DNA of 64,000 bases from Octopus vulgaris (taxonomy: Eukaryota), in assembly GCA_951406725.2 (NCBI GenBank), contig OX597817.1:40362001-40426000 (forward strand). Direction: 5' to 3'. Each line of letters opens with the position of its first letter. Position 1 is the first letter of the stretch. The translations under genes and the position numbers were made by a program. Shown here in pieces: positions 37,176-51,736 of this stretch. A model generated the notes under the pieces. The model did no database searches, was not told the DNA's origin, and was given only the letters and a program-made list of their open reading frames with translations.

Positions 37176-37989
37176 AATAATAATAATAATAATAATAATA
37201 GTAATTATTATTATTATTATTATTATTATTATAATGATAATAATAATACAGGCAATGAGCTGGTGGAAACGTTAGCTTGCCGGACAAAATGCTTCACATA
37301 ATTTTGTCCGTCTTTACAATCTGAATTCAAATTCTGCTTAGGTCAACTTGGCCTTCCATCCCAGTAAATAAGTAGAGATAAAGTAAGTACCAGTTGAGCA
37401 CTGGGGTCGATATAATCAGCTTGCATCCCCACCCCAACTTCCTGGCCATGTGCAAACATTTTAAATCAATAATAATAACAACAACAACAGTGATAATAAT
37501 AAAATGAGGATAAAAGAATTATGATATTATTCTTGTATAAATGAAGTTGTATGATGATTTCTTTTATTGGCCACAAGGGCTTAAGACGTTGGGGACAATA
37601 CAAAGGCGAAATACATTGGAAAACAATAAGCAATATACAATAGGGGTTTTATATCAAGTAAAAGGGTGAGATCAACAAAACAATGGTGTTTCAATGTTCT
37701 TAGTTGTTATTGATAAATAAATAAAGAACCAATTCTTTAAAACTACATATCTGTTTTGACAAAAATTAATGTTCTGTTGTTACGAATTACACACACACAC
37801 ACGCACTTACACACATCACATAGATATTAATTACACATAAGTATACACACTCACATGTATATATATATATATACACACTCGCATATATATATATACACAC
37901 ACACACACCTTGCAAACATACAATTTTCTCATAGTCATAAGACTATAGAAATCAATTGTTAATAGAATTCTTAAAATATATCACTAATC

Positions 37990-38080
37990 TTTATACATAC
38001 ATGCATGCATATATACACATATATATTTACATGATGATGATGATGATACACACACACACACACACATGTACACATATGTG

Positions 38081-38147
<67 letters not shown>

Positions 38148-38200
38148 GCATACACATACATAGACAAATCTTAAGTATATGTATATATATATGTGTATGA

Positions 38201-38242
<42 letters not shown>

Positions 38243-38293
38243 GCATACACATACATAGACAAATCTTAAGTATATGTATATATATGTGTATGA

Positions 38294-38325
<32 letters not shown>

Positions 38326-38372
38326 AACACATATACACACACACACACACACACATACACACACATACATGC

Positions 38373-38405
<33 letters not shown>

Positions 38406-38450
38406 TACATGCATATATATATATATACACACATACACACACATACATGC

Positions 38451-38481
<31 letters not shown>

Positions 38482-38488
38482 TACATGC

Positions 38489-38521
<33 letters not shown>

Positions 38522-38654
38522 CACACACACATACACACACATACATGCATATATATATATATATACACATACATGCATATATATATATACACACACACAT
38601 ACACACACATATATATATATATATACACACACACACATACACACACATACATGC

Positions 38655-38685
<31 letters not shown>

Positions 38686-38692
38686 TACATGC

Positions 38693-38727
<35 letters not shown>

Positions 38728-38785
38728 TACACACACATACATGCATATATATATATATATATATATAAACACACATACACACGCA
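37990..38785. repeat. Higher-order compound microsatellite array
   Basis: A recurring unit ACATACATGC(AT)n(AC)n appears about 7 times, plus a duplicated ~75-bp block containing CATAGACAAATCTTAAG (38138-38210, 38234-38300). Confidence 0.9.
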
Positions 38786-40772
38786 CAAGATTTGTGTGTG
38801 ATATTAATCTTAACATGATTTTCATCCTTATTGTCTTGTGTACGTTCTCTCTCTCTCTCTCTTTTTCTCCTCTGTGTGTGTGTATATGTCTCTCTCTCTC
38901 TCTCTTTCTGTTTACATGGATTAAACAAGTTGGTCTAGCCACAACTGTGAAATGGTATGCTATGTTGTAATGCAATGTGTTCAGCTGAGCGTATATAATT
39001 GAAGCAAGGAAATTTTTTTTCATTTATTTATTCGTTCATATATTTATTTATTTATTTATTTGTCTAATTATTTATTTTTATTTCTAACTGAACGTATGAA
39101 AGAGAAGAAGAGAAGGGGAAGAAAGTGGGAGGGAGAGAAGGAGAGGATAGAAGAGGAAAGAAAGAAAGAAAGAAGTTGAGTTGGCAAATGGGGGTGAAGG
39201 CGGGGAGAAAAAAAAAGAAACAAACAGGGAATAAATATATAAATAAATAAAGGAGTGAGGAGGAGGAGGAAGAGGAGGAGGGTGAATGATTAGGAAGAGA
39301 AAGAGCTAAAGAAGAGGAAAGAGAGTTAAAAATATATCAGATGTAAAAATCTAACTATCAAGAGCTAATATTACATATTCATAAAATGTAATTCTGGGAA
39401 AATAAAAATAATAATAATAATAAAATTTTCAATATCAAAATAGCAAACAGCCAAATCTTTCTATGGAGCCAGATTTATTAATGATTGATATTCTGGTTAT
39501 TTGCCTTTTTTGGGGTTTTTTTTTTTTGGTTTTGTTTTTTATCTTATATATATTTCCTCACTTTGCTATAGAACAAATAGCTTTTGTGTTCATGCCTTTC
39601 CAAAAACATTAGCATTATAAGAATCTGGCCACTGATTGAAACTGGGTCACAAACTTGACTTGCTCAGCAAAATTACCCCTGTTATATCCGTCTAACTCTC
39701 ATCTTTTCTTATTTGATTAAACAGCAAAATGGATTTAGCATCACATTTTTTTTTAAAGTTTTTCAAACATTTTTTGTTTGTTGTGCTTGTCTCGCTTTTT
39801 TTTTTCTCTTATTCTTACAATCAAAGATTTCCTTCCAAGTCTCTTATGAGAAGATACAATTTTAGCACTGAAAACAAAGTGTTTGTCGGTTTCCATTTCG
39901 TTTAATATTCTTCTACCAAGTCATTATCTCACCGTTCTTAGCTGTTTTATCACCAGGTTGGTACTCTAGGATGTGTTTTAAAATTTATCTGTAGCTCAGT
40001 GATGAGATAATAACATGCAACTTTATAGTTGAGCAGTTAATAATAAACTGGCTTGTATTATTACACAACTTGTATTAAATGGTAAGCCTAACACACCACT
40101 CTGTTTAACACCACCACCATGTTAATGGGTGCTTTTAGCAAATGTGTTGTAAATATTCAAACCGAACACCCAATTTTTTTCCTCATCCATATTCTCCTGA
40201 TAAAAAATTAGGTTAACTCTGTTGTCAGAATTCAGACCATTCTTTCTTCTTATTAGTCTTGGGGCCCTGAAAAAACATTAAAGGGCTGTGGACACTGGCC
40301 TTCCATCCCTAACTAAACATCGTTATCACTATTATCATCATCGTCATCATCATTTAACGTCTGCTATTTCATGCTTACATGTGTGAGACAGAATTTCTAC
40401 AGTCAGATGCTCTTCCTGTTGCCAACCCTCACCAATTTCCAAACGAGGTAATATTTTCCCATAGCTAGACTAGAAATGAACATGTTGGTAATGTTCATTT
40501 ACAACCATTATGTGATGGCTTGACAAAGGCGCACGCACACACACACGCATGTACGTGCGACAGGCTCTTTTCAGTTTCTATCTACCAACTCCACTCAAAA
40601 GGCTTTGATCAGCCCAGAGCTATATTTGAAGACACTTGCTCAATGAACTTTACAGTGGGATTGAACCCAAGGTCACATGGTTGGGAAGTTAGCTTCTTAA
40701 CCACATAACCACATTTGTGCTTAAATAGTAGAAAATAAGAATTGATATAATCAATGTCACCAATCTTTGTCA

Positions 40773-40992
40773 CCCTTTAGCTTTTAAACTGGCCATATCA
40801 AACCCAAATATTCTACCTGTTTTATGTTCAAACTGACTGGATCCAGCCTTTCACACCTACCTTACAATGTCAATCTATAAATAGACAATCACATCACTGA
40901 AATCTTGAAGCTACAAGATAAGGCATGATTACTTCAAAACAAGGTGAATAAATAAGGGTTACATTTGACAGAGTAATCTGAATGCTAAAGGG
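40773..40992. mobile_element. piggyBac-like MITE family 2
   Basis: TIR CCCTTTAGC...GCTAAAGGG, reverse of 22519-22739. The TTAA flanks have decayed. Confidence 0.6.
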
Positions 40993-41362
40993 TCGTGGTT
41001 TATAGACAGCTACCCCTCCTCCAATGACTTATTGCTTTGTTTTTATTTATTTACCTCTTTATATTTTTAATCTAGATACCTTTCCTTCCTTACCAGACAA
41101 TAGTCAATATCGGTTCTCATTGTACATAGCATTAATAAACATTCATATAGATTTCAAATTGTTTTTATGTAATATATTTTGTCCTACATGCTTTCCCTAA
41201 TCTGACAAATGTTGAATAGATTCTGTAAAGTCAGATGTTTACAAAGATTAGGCTATGGGCAGAGATCCTTATTACAGACCAAATCATTAATATAATATCT
41301 AAAAAAACAGTTATCTTTGCTTTTGTTTTATGGAATTTATGGAAGTAGAAAACAACAAAGTT

Positions 41363-41702
41363 CTATATTTAAGAGATGAGGAATTATGTACATTATTTAC
41401 ATTCAACGGATATTTTTCCTCGTCTTGTTTGTTGTTAACCACTACGCCATATGCTCATGGGCATATGGTGTAATGGTTAAGAGTGCGGGCTACTAACCCC
41501 AAGTTTCCAAGTTCGATTCCAAGCAATGACCTGAACAATAACGATAATAACAATAATAATAATAATAACATCGAAAAATACCTTAGGAATGAGAACCCGG
41601 GTTCGAAATTTCCCCAAGACACCTGAAGAAGGCTAGAGGGTATATCAGCCAAAACGTGTTAATGACAGATGAGGACAAATATCTGTCGAATGTAAATAAT
41701 GT
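41363..41702 (+). mobile_element. tRNA-headed hammerhead-tail SINE-like element, copy 2, with an inverted 5' extension
   Basis: Head 41461-41532, (AAT)n linker and a degenerate hammerhead at 41618-41660. 41389-41455 is an inverted tail-plus-head fragment. A flanking direct repeat AAAACAAC(A/T)AAGTT lies at 41349 and 41703. Confidence 0.75.
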
Positions 41703-42221
41703 AAAACAACTAAGTTTGAAATGAATTGCCTAAGCGTGAAGTGATTTTAATTTACTGGTCATTTAGAATATCCTTTAGTACCATTTTCATCTTTAGATTG
41801 TGGCTCCCGACCCTGTCATAGTGTTTGAGGGAATGAGTAAATCTTGGCTTCATCAATGAGACATTAAATATAAGATGTCTTAAGTAGCTGGGAATAATAT
41901 GAAATTGCAATCTTCTAGTTTGTTGGGAACATTCTTCCCTTCTGTTTTAATCATTGCAGGAAGCTTCAATTCTCAAATCTGCTAGAAGTAGCAATCAAAT
42001 CTCCCTTATCTTAAAAAAAGGAATGACACCTAGAGAAATGTATTCTTGATATACAAAAAAAGGTTGATATAATAATGACTGGAAGACTGTTGATCATAAG
42101 TCTATTGGAAAAGCAGGGATGTATGAGCTAAACAGCAGTAACTTTAATCATATACAAAATGCCTTACAGGGAGTTTTGTTATACTCATCTCCATTTCAAC
42201 AGTTTCTTCATTCACTGTTAA

Positions 42222-42441
42222 CCCTTTCGTTACTGTATTTATTTTGAGATGCTCTGTGTTTCTTTCAATTATTTTAAATATAACAAAAAAATTAGTAAAA
42301 TAACTTAGTTATCATTAAGCTAGTGTTAGGAACATAAATTGTGACTAAGGTTTGGTGGAAGATTTTAATTCCAAACTTATGAAAACAAGACATTTCTACT
42401 CAGAGCCAGAGCCAGTTTCAGCCAGGTTGGTAATGAAAGGG
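42222..42441. mobile_element. piggyBac-like MITE family 1
   Basis: TTAA TSDs and TIRs, same orientation as the 19992 copy. Confidence 0.85.
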
Positions 42442-44120
42442 TTAAGCCACTCTCGAATAAAGGAGATAGAAAGTAAAAATAAGAATATGTTATTAGCTCC
42501 TTTGGCATCAACCTCACCTGAATGAAGAAGACTTGCTTTTAGTTCTGTGAATTAATAAAACATTCATCAATTGTATAGTGCTGCTGTTGTGATGTGCTGT
42601 TATATCCTATGTTACCTACATTAGATTGTTTATATTGTAAGTTGAATGTTTTAACTATAGATGCAGTGCAGACTGATGGCAGATTGTGAACCCCCTAACA
42701 CTTTGGTTGTTTGTACTCACCTTATTATCTTAGCTGTCTTCTCAGCTCACAGGCACTTTTTGTAGCAAACAGTTATCATCCATTCATATCAAGCAATGAC
42801 ACATTTGTTTAATATACGGCATCCTTGTTTGCAGCAATGAACTGTATCTCCGCATCATGTTTATTTACAGCTTGATGGGCTGTACTATTGAGAGTTAAGT
42901 GTTTTTGTCTGTGACATAATGTAACACTGAGTACACAAACTATAAATATTTTAGCTAGTTGACTGGCATTCTAAACACACTTCCATTTGAAGTTATCTGT
43001 TCAATGGATATAATTAGAATTTTTATATTCTATGTGTTTTCTTCTATGTGCTTTCTTTTTCTTTTTCTTATTTTTAATGCTAACATATGTTGAATTCAAC
43101 AAATTTGTATATTTGAATTTTTATGTCTTTCACTTTCACTCTCCCTCTTTGTTTTGGTGCTGCCATCATATGACACTGTTTCACTGAATATTTATCATCC
43201 ATTCATATCATATGTCCATTGCAGTGCAGCCAACATCACTCCTGCATACATTAGCCTGTTCTTTTAATGTTCAGCTCCTTTCTCTTTTCCTCTGCTTTAC
43301 CTTTCGTGTTAAGGTTTCACATACAATAGAATATCACACAAATAATTTCTCTTTAACTCTTCTACATTCAAGGCTTATATTTTTACCAGCATTCAGCATC
43401 GTGCTTCTTACACCAAACAATAATATCCCTTTTGTGCAAGACAGAGATACCTTTTGTTGTTGAAAAATGCTAACAGCCCTTTCAACATCTTCGATCCATT
43501 TATCACTCTGAATACCTTACTTACGCTATCCACACTTTCAACCTCAATTGGTTCAGTTTGATAAAAACCATCAATAAGGATGATCACTATGTAGTTGCCT
43601 GACCTGCTAGAGATAGCAGTCAAATCTTTCTGAAATTACATTGTACCATTTATAAAACAGGACATTTTGGATAATGGTAATGCTATATATAAATATACAG
43701 TATGAATAGCCGAAAAGATCATCATAGCTAGTATGCCTTTGAATCCTGGGTTTCATCGAACAGAACCAATCAGAGCTTAACAGCAACAAATATCTTTCAA
43801 GCCATTTGAACAGTTGATAAACTTCTGTTCATGATGGTTGTATTGATCACTACTCAATATTGGGCAGTGATAACTATTCTGTATTGATAACTACTCGGGT
43901 GCTTCTAACACTTTTAAATCCAGGTTATTTATCAGCCAGTCAGATATCACACTGTACTGTATAACGGTAGCCATTGCCTAAACACTGTTTATTACATAGA
44001 CATAGCTGTGTGGTTAAGAAATTTGCTTCCCAACTATGTAGTCTTGGGTTCAGTTCCTCTGTGTGACACCTTAGGCAAGTGTCTTCTGTTATAGCCCCAG
44101 GCTGACCAAGTCCTTGTGAA

Positions 44121-44447
44121 CATGTAAAAGGTACTATCCGAGTGTGATCGTTACCTGCGTCACCTTGCTGGCACTTGTGCTGGTGGCACATGAAAAACAT
44201 TCAAGCAACGTCGTTGCCAGTGCCGCTGGACTGGCTCCTGTGCAGGTGGCACATAAAAAGCACCATTTAAGCGTGGCCGCTGCCAGTACTGCCTAGCTAG
44301 CCCTAGTGCTGGTTGCACGTAAAAGTACCCGCTACACTCTCAGAGTGGTTGGCGTTAGGAAGGGCATCCAGCTGTAGAAACTCTGCTAGATCAGATTGGA
44401 GTCTGGTGCAGCCATCTGGTTCGTCAGACCTCAGTCAAATCGTCAAA
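44121..44447 (+). mobile_element. SINE family D nested in a family A copy (43998-44485)
   Basis: The family A head breaks at CCTTGTGA (44119) and resumes at AACTGAAAGAAGCCC (44453). Confidence 0.7.
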
Positions 44448-44977
44448 TGATGAACTGAAAGAAGCCCATTGTGTGTGTGTGTGTGTACTCTTGTCTAATT
44501 ATCATGTGATGGTTGTAAATGAGCTTCATCGTCAGTCTTCTGTGAAAGATATGTCTAACTATAGGAAAATATTACCTTGCTTGAAAACAGGTGAAGGTTG
44601 GTGACAGGAAGGGCATCCAACTGTAGAAAAGCTGCCTCAAATTCCATCTGACCCATGCAATCATGGAAAAGTGGGCATTAAATGATAATGATATCTAGTT
44701 TCCATCACTTTCTTCACAAATTGTACTAAGTCACTTCTCAGATGACAATGAGATTTAGTGCTTTTGTTATGTAGTACTTTCATTTTCATTTTCTCAGGTT
44801 TGATACTTTTACTGCAGTTCTTTGTATTTTTCTAATTAACAACTAACAATTTGTATATAAGCTGTGTTAAACAGTATATGATAAATATGATAAGGTGTTG
44901 TTTACAAATATATTCCAATTAATACATACACGCATACATACACACACATACATATATACATACATACATATATACAT

Positions 44978-45041
<64 letters not shown>

Positions 45042-46007
45042 GTGCAGGAGAAGCTGTGTGGTAAGTAGCTTGCTTACCAACCACATGGTTCCGGGTTCAG
45101 TCCCACTGCATGGCACCTTGGGCAAGTGTATTCTACTATATATAATGTATACATGACTGACTTCTGTTAGTTTCTGTCTTTGGTTAGGTTGGGGCTATAG
45201 CAGAAGACACTTGCTGGTGTCATATAGTACAATACTGAACCTGGAATTATGTGGCTGGAAAGCAAACTTCTTTATTTCATGAAATTGGCTATGAAAACCG
45301 TACACAGATGGAGAAGCTAAGGGCTGGACAAAGACATTAATGAGATGAGATGAATGATGAACCAGATGATATTAATGAGAGAAGGCAAAAGACACCTGTC
45401 GATCTTTGCTTCTCTAAAATATTGTTCTTTTGTGAACTTATAATTTGAGGCAATAAACCTCTTACCTATATTTTGTTTGGACTCAAGGTCCTTACAATGA
45501 GGTTCTAAGCCTCTTACCTTTTTTTCCAAACTAGGAACTTTCATGCCTGACTAGGCACCTTGCCGGTGCCAAGTCGGGCCACTTCAACATAAACTTAAAT
45601 GTTTCCCTGGGGAAGGAGTTCATTACCCTGCACAAGTCAGTTTCCCATACAACCTCCGCAGCCACCTGCGTAGGCCAATCTGGGTCCTCAGTGCAGGATA
45701 GAACCCCTTCCCTCCAGCCTTTTTGTTTTTAAACTTCTTACCACACAGGGAAGCAAACTTCTTACCACACAGCTGCTTATGGTTAAGAAGTTCACTTCAC
45801 AAACTTAGGGTTCCCAATTCGATCCCTCTAAGCAACACCTTGGGCATGTGACTACTAGCAACATCAGGTTGATCTATTCCTTGAGAATATCATTAGGAAA
45901 AGGGAAATGCAGAAATTCACTGTGTGTGTGTGTGTGTGTGTTTGCATGTGTGTGTATGTGTGCTTGGGTGTAAACTGGTGTAAACATTAAGCAATATTTA
46001 AGTTCTT

Positions 46008-46592
46008 AAAGGCAGGGAGCTGGCAGAATGTTAGCATGCCAGGCAAAATGCTTAGCGGTATTTCATCTGTCTGTACATTCTGAGTTCAAATTCTGCTGAG
46101 ATAGACTCTGCCTTTCATCCTTTTGGGGTCAATAAATTAAGTACCAGTTGCATACTGGGTTGATCTAATCGACAGTCCCCCTCCCCCAAAATTTCTGCCT
46201 TGTGCCTAGAATAGAAAAGAATATTTAATTTCTTAAAGAGGAGTTAATTATTGAGAGGGGTGTAACTCAAGTAAACATGGGTGGATCAATAAATAAATGT
46301 CATAAAAATGGTTTCAAACGTTAGCACAAGGCCAGCAACCTTGGAGAGGGGAAGCAAGTCAATTCTTATTTTTTATTGCCCACAAGGGGCTAAACATAGA
46401 GGGGGACAAACAAGGACAGACAAAGGGATTAAGTTGATTACATCGACCCCAGTGCATAACTGGTACTTAATTTATCGACCCTGAAAGGATGAAAGGCAAA
46501 GTCGACCTCGGTGGAATTTGAACTCAAAACGTAACAGCAGACGAAATACTGCTAAGCGTTTCGCCCAGCGTGCTAATGTTTCTGCCAGCTCG
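46008..46592. mobile_element. Two family B SINEs in inverted orientation (46008-46222 +, 46365-46592 -)
   Basis: Both carry the Meta-like core. The second copy has the Tx1-type tail GCCCCTTGTGGGCAATAAA. Confidence 0.75.
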
Positions 46593-47003
46593 CAACTCAA
46601 TTCTATCAACCCCAGTGCTCAACTGGTAACTTATTTTATTGACCCTGAAAGGACAAACGGCAAAGATGGGCAAAATATTGCTAAGTCTCGTGTTACAGTT
46701 CAACGAGCATGTTACCTTAAATATCATTAAAATGAGTACCAAAATAAGTAGTGTGACCAATGTAATTGAATGAAATCCTTTGAAGCATGGCTGCAGTCAA
46801 ATGACTAAAATTAGTAAATGAATAAAAGAATAATGTAGGTAGCTAATTGTCTTTATAATATGGTTTTCATTTTCAGTTTAAACTATTCTGCTTAACTTTT
46901 CAGATACCCTTGATGAACATGAATGTCACATCTTCACTACTCTCCATTGTTTTTCTACTCTATGACTGTAGGGTATTAAACTTAATTAAGAACCTCCCCT
47001 CTA

Positions 47004-47073
<70 letters not shown>

Positions 47074-47379
47074 ATGGATGCAATCAGCATGATGTTATAG
47101 AGGGAATAAGAACAATTAGTTTGTACAGGAGGTTTCATATTTCTGTGCATTGTCACTGATAGACGCTAGGATAGGAACTGAAGTGTTGTAACAATTTACT
47201 GCTTATTAACTGTATTCCTTTCATCTCCTAATTAAAATTCCTTTGGGAGAGGCACACATTAAATCATGTTTCTGTGTCTGTGTCTGCAAATTATATATGT
47301 ATGTATGTGTGTTTGTATGTATAATATATATTTATATATGTTATATGTATGCATATGTGTGACTTTGTGTGTGTATGTA

Positions 47380-47414
<35 letters not shown>

Positions 47415-47762
47415 GTATGCATATGTGTGTGATTTTGTGTGTATGTGTGTGTATATATATATATATATATATTATATATTATATAGGTTTTCCAATGCAA
47501 GTACAATGAAAAGTAGACCAGTGATTGTGTATATGTGAGCATGCTTAAGTGAAATCCAAATAAATCTTAAACAATACATGCACTAAAAGAAGCAATTACT
47601 TTTTTTTATATTTTATCTTTAATAGTATTTATTATATTTTTATTCTTATATTTTTATATTTCAATAATATGGTGATTACTTTTCTGTGTTAGTTTTTACG
47701 CCAGAAGCCATGTTATAATGATTACATTTAGTAGTTTTCATACCAGAGGCAATATAAAACAT

Positions 47763-47829
<67 letters not shown>

Positions 47830-48216
47830 ATGTATGTTTATATATATCCACATATGCGCATACACATTTGGACTGTATTGTTTGTTCAGGTTTATTTCAT
47901 TTTATTTTTACTGATTTTACATCCTTGTTTGTTATACAACCATGATTGGGGTGGGGGGGTTCAGCAAATGTTAACCATTTATGTGATGTTGTAGCTGTTA
48001 TTCATGTAAGCCAGGCACTCTTCCTACTGCTAATCTACATATTCATGAAATGGGAGTGGCTTATGTTGATCAGTCAGGCAGACTAAGTGAAGCAGGCTCA
48101 TATGCCTTTGAAGGTGTGTACAATAGGAGATCCTTTGCTTGAATAACAGGTAAAGGTTTGCACCAAGAAGAGTATCAAGCTGTAAAACAGTACCTCAGCA
48201 GGATATGTGGGTAATA

Positions 48217-48452
48217 CCTATTTCTTTACTACCCACAAGGGGCTAAACACAGAGAGGACAAACAAGGACAGACAAACGGATTAAGTCGATTATATTGACC
48301 CCAGTACATAACTGGTACTTGTTTAATCGACCCCGAAAGGATGAAAGGCAAAGTTGACCTCGGCGGAATTTGAACTCAGAATGTAAAGGCAGACAAATTA
48401 ACGCTAAGCATTTCGCCCGGCGTGCTAATGTTTCTGCCAGCTCACTGCCTTA
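48217..48452 (-). mobile_element. SINE family B with Tx1-type tail
   Basis: Close reverse complement of 52511-52748. Confidence 0.8.
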
Positions 48453-48849
48453 TACGTGGGTAATAAACAAACAAGCAAATATGCAAGCAAAATGATAGTA
48501 ATTTTATTGAGAAAGTCATAATATACAGGCTGTAGCTGTTGGGTTTCAACACCTGGCTGAGTTAGTCAGTTGTCCAACAACTTAACTAAGCTAACCAAAC
48601 TAATTCAAATATTAGCCCATGGTGAACAAAAGAAAAATATTTCTTGTTTGTTTCCAGTTTGAAGTTGTTTAGACTTATTATAAACCTTTGTAGTGTATAG
48701 TTACGTGGAATAGCAGTAAAACCTGTTTTATTTTGTATTTATTTTCTGAGCCCTAAAACTAGTCAAACCAGAACGCGTTTCATTCTATGACATATATGTT
48801 TTCCTATGAAAAGAATTTGCTGATATATTGGCAAAGTATTTGTGTGTTT

Positions 48850-48890
<41 letters not shown>

Positions 48891-48963
48891 CAGCATGACC
48901 GCAACTTTCAAGCTGAAACTAGTTAAAGAGTTGTATGTATGTATGTATGTATGAGTGTGTATA

Positions 48964-49021
<58 letters not shown>

Positions 49022-49053
49022 AGGATATATGTGTGTATAAATGTTTCATATAT

Positions 49054-49443
49054 ACTCTTTACTCTTTTACTTGTTTCAGTCATTTGACTGCAGCCATACT
49101 GGAGCACCGCCTTTATAGTTGAGCAAATTGACCCCAGAGCTTATTCTTTGTAAGCCTATCGGTCTCTTTTGCCAAACCGCTAAGTTATGGGGACGTAAAC
49201 ACACCAGCATCGGTTGTCAAGTGATGTTTGTGGGGACAAACACAAACATATATATACATACATGTATATATACATATATGATGGGCTTCTTCCAGTTTTC
49301 GTCTACCAAATCCACTCACAAGGCTTTGGTCAGCCCGAGGCTATAGTAGAAGACACTTGCCCAAGGTGCCACACAGTGGGACTGAACCCGGGACCATGTG
49401 TTTGGTAAGCAAGCTACTTACCACACAGCCACTCCTGCGCCTA
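49054..49443 (-). mobile_element. SINE family A
   Basis: Near full length, inverted relative to 51347-51736. Confidence 0.8.
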
Positions 49444-51346
49444 TATATATATATATATATATAAAATTTCACATACATTGATCTGTATGTGTGTGCATAC
49501 ACATATGTACAAAATGTAGTGAGTGCCATTAGAACTAAACTTCTACAATTAAAACCTGATTTTTAAGGTGTTTGAAAGAAAGAAAAAGAGATAGAGAAAC
49601 TAAAAATGCTTGTACATGTATGTGTATGTGTTTGTGTGTACATACATGTGTGTCTATGTTTATTTATATGTGTGCATCCATTCTTCCTCTCCTGCTTAAC
49701 GAAGTATGTGTATGTTTTTCCATTTTGGGGTTACTTTTTAGGCAAACATTCAAGTTAGAGCAACCATCAGCTATTTTTGATATATTGTAACACTTTCGAC
49801 ATCTACTCGGTGCACAAATGGTTTTGTACCCATTATTACTTTCTTCTTGTTATGTTTTTTTTTCTCGTTTTATTTTACATGTAATATGATACTGGTTTTA
49901 TTAAGAAAGTTTCTAAATTGGTTTTTCTTATTTTTATACCATGTTGTTATGTAGCCAATTCTACTCTTGGTCAGTTCCGATCTAACTTTGGCAGGACGTA
50001 CTTAAAATTGGAATGGCACAAAGATTATATAGCATATCAACACTATTATAAGTTGAACTTGGTGAAATGCATGATATTGTGTAACTTATTTAATGATATC
50101 TCACCAGCTAATATCTTACTCCAAGTCCCGAACAAAAAAAAAAAGAAAGCAATAAAAGAGAGCAAAAAACAAAAAAGACCCTATCTAATTAAATTAAGCC
50201 ATTTTTTACTGACGACCTCTAGCTGATGAGCAACCAATATAAGGATACTTATTTTTTTCCCTCATCTATCATTGTTACATCTACTGCACCATCAACAGCA
50301 TATTGCACTGAACTGCATTCTGTTTCAAATTGTATACAGCTTGCTGCACCGATTACTTTGCATCTCCTCATTACTGACAACACCAGCAATTCCTGTTTCT
50401 CAAAGCACAATATTCTCTTTGTCGATCCTGCTTTGGTTGGTCAGTTCAGTATGTTCCTAGAATAAACAGGTGAAACAGGTTTTGATGTAATTAAAGTGCA
50501 ACACCCCTGGGCTGTATCCTAAAGTTTGTTCAGGTACCTCATTTTCACACTGCAGCTGTTCAATCAGAAGTGTGTGTGTGCTGATTGATTGCTCATCAAC
50601 AACAATAACAATACCAACATGCCTTTCTTTTAGTTAGAATTGAATTGACTTCCTCATGGCAAACAGAAAGTGTTTTATTAGCGAGAGAGTTTTATTAGTG
50701 TTAGCTTCCAGTCACTCTTTCAACACAATTTGTGTGCATGCATGTGTGTGCATGCATGCATGCATGCATGTGTGCAACAGAATGTGAAATATATATTGCA
50801 AGTGAAAGATCTCAACCAATTAGAAACGGAGTGATTGTGGTATTTGAAACCAGCTCAAAGGTCATTAGGCCAACTCATTGGAAGTGTTTTGTTGTGTGTG
50901 TGTATGTGTGTGTACATGCATGTGTGCATGCTTGTGCATGTGTTTTTTCTATTGATAAGACAGTAGTTTTGTTCATGATATTTGCGGGTCCTCTTTGATT
51001 GAAGAGATCAGTGCCTGTCCTGAATATCTGAGGTTTGATATCTGCAATAAAAATCATAGTTAGAAGAGGGTCTACCAGAAAGTCCCAGTCTTGTATAAAG
51101 TGTTTACTGCAAAACCTGGGACATGATACACTTGTATAGTTTGTGGTGGATGGAATGGAGGTTGTGAGTGTAGCTAGGTATTTCAGAGGAACAGAAGCTA
51201 TTGTGATAAATGATGCATAGAGAAACGGCAGCGTGTCTATGAAGGAATGACGGCAGCATATTGACAATTGAATCACCAGGAATCAGTCACCGTAGCCTTT
51301 TATTATTATTATTATTTTTTAAATGTTTTTTTTTAGATTATGTTCA

Positions 51347-51504
51347 AGGAGTGGCTGTGTGGTAAGTAGCTTGCTTACCAATCACATAGTTCAGGGTTCA
51401 GTCCCACTGCGTGGCACCTTGTCTTCTACTTTAGCCTCGGGCCGACCAAAGCCTTGTGAGTGGATTTGGTAGATGGAAACTGAAAGAAGCCCGTCGTGTA
51501 TATG

Positions 51505-51537
<33 letters not shown>

Positions 51538-51736
51538 TTGTGTATCTGTTTGCTACCCCAACATCGATTGACAACCGGTGCTGGTGTGTTTATGTCCCTG
51601 TAACTTAGCAGTTCGGCAAAAGAGACTGATAGAATAAGTACTAGGCTTACAAAGAATATGTCCTGGGGTCGATTTGCTCGACTAAAAGGTGGTGCTCCAG
51701 CATGGCCGCAATCAAATGATTGAAACAAGTAAAAGA
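51347..51736 (+). mobile_element. SINE family A, near full length
   Basis: Box A TGGCTGTGTGG, box B GGGTTCAGTCC, central (TA/TG)n and tail AAACAAGTAAAAGA. Confidence 0.8.

Noticed and set aside
38900-40090. TATA-like motif (~38993), GA-rich tract and a strong donor ATG|GTAAGC (~40082)
   Set aside because: No ORF or other support, and such motifs are expected by chance in AT-rich DNA.
46861-46895. Possible next TMTC4 exon (ttttcag|T TTA AAC TAT, LNY)
   Set aside because: It would turn the split Arg into Ser, hits TAA after five codons and has no FH..N..LH motif.
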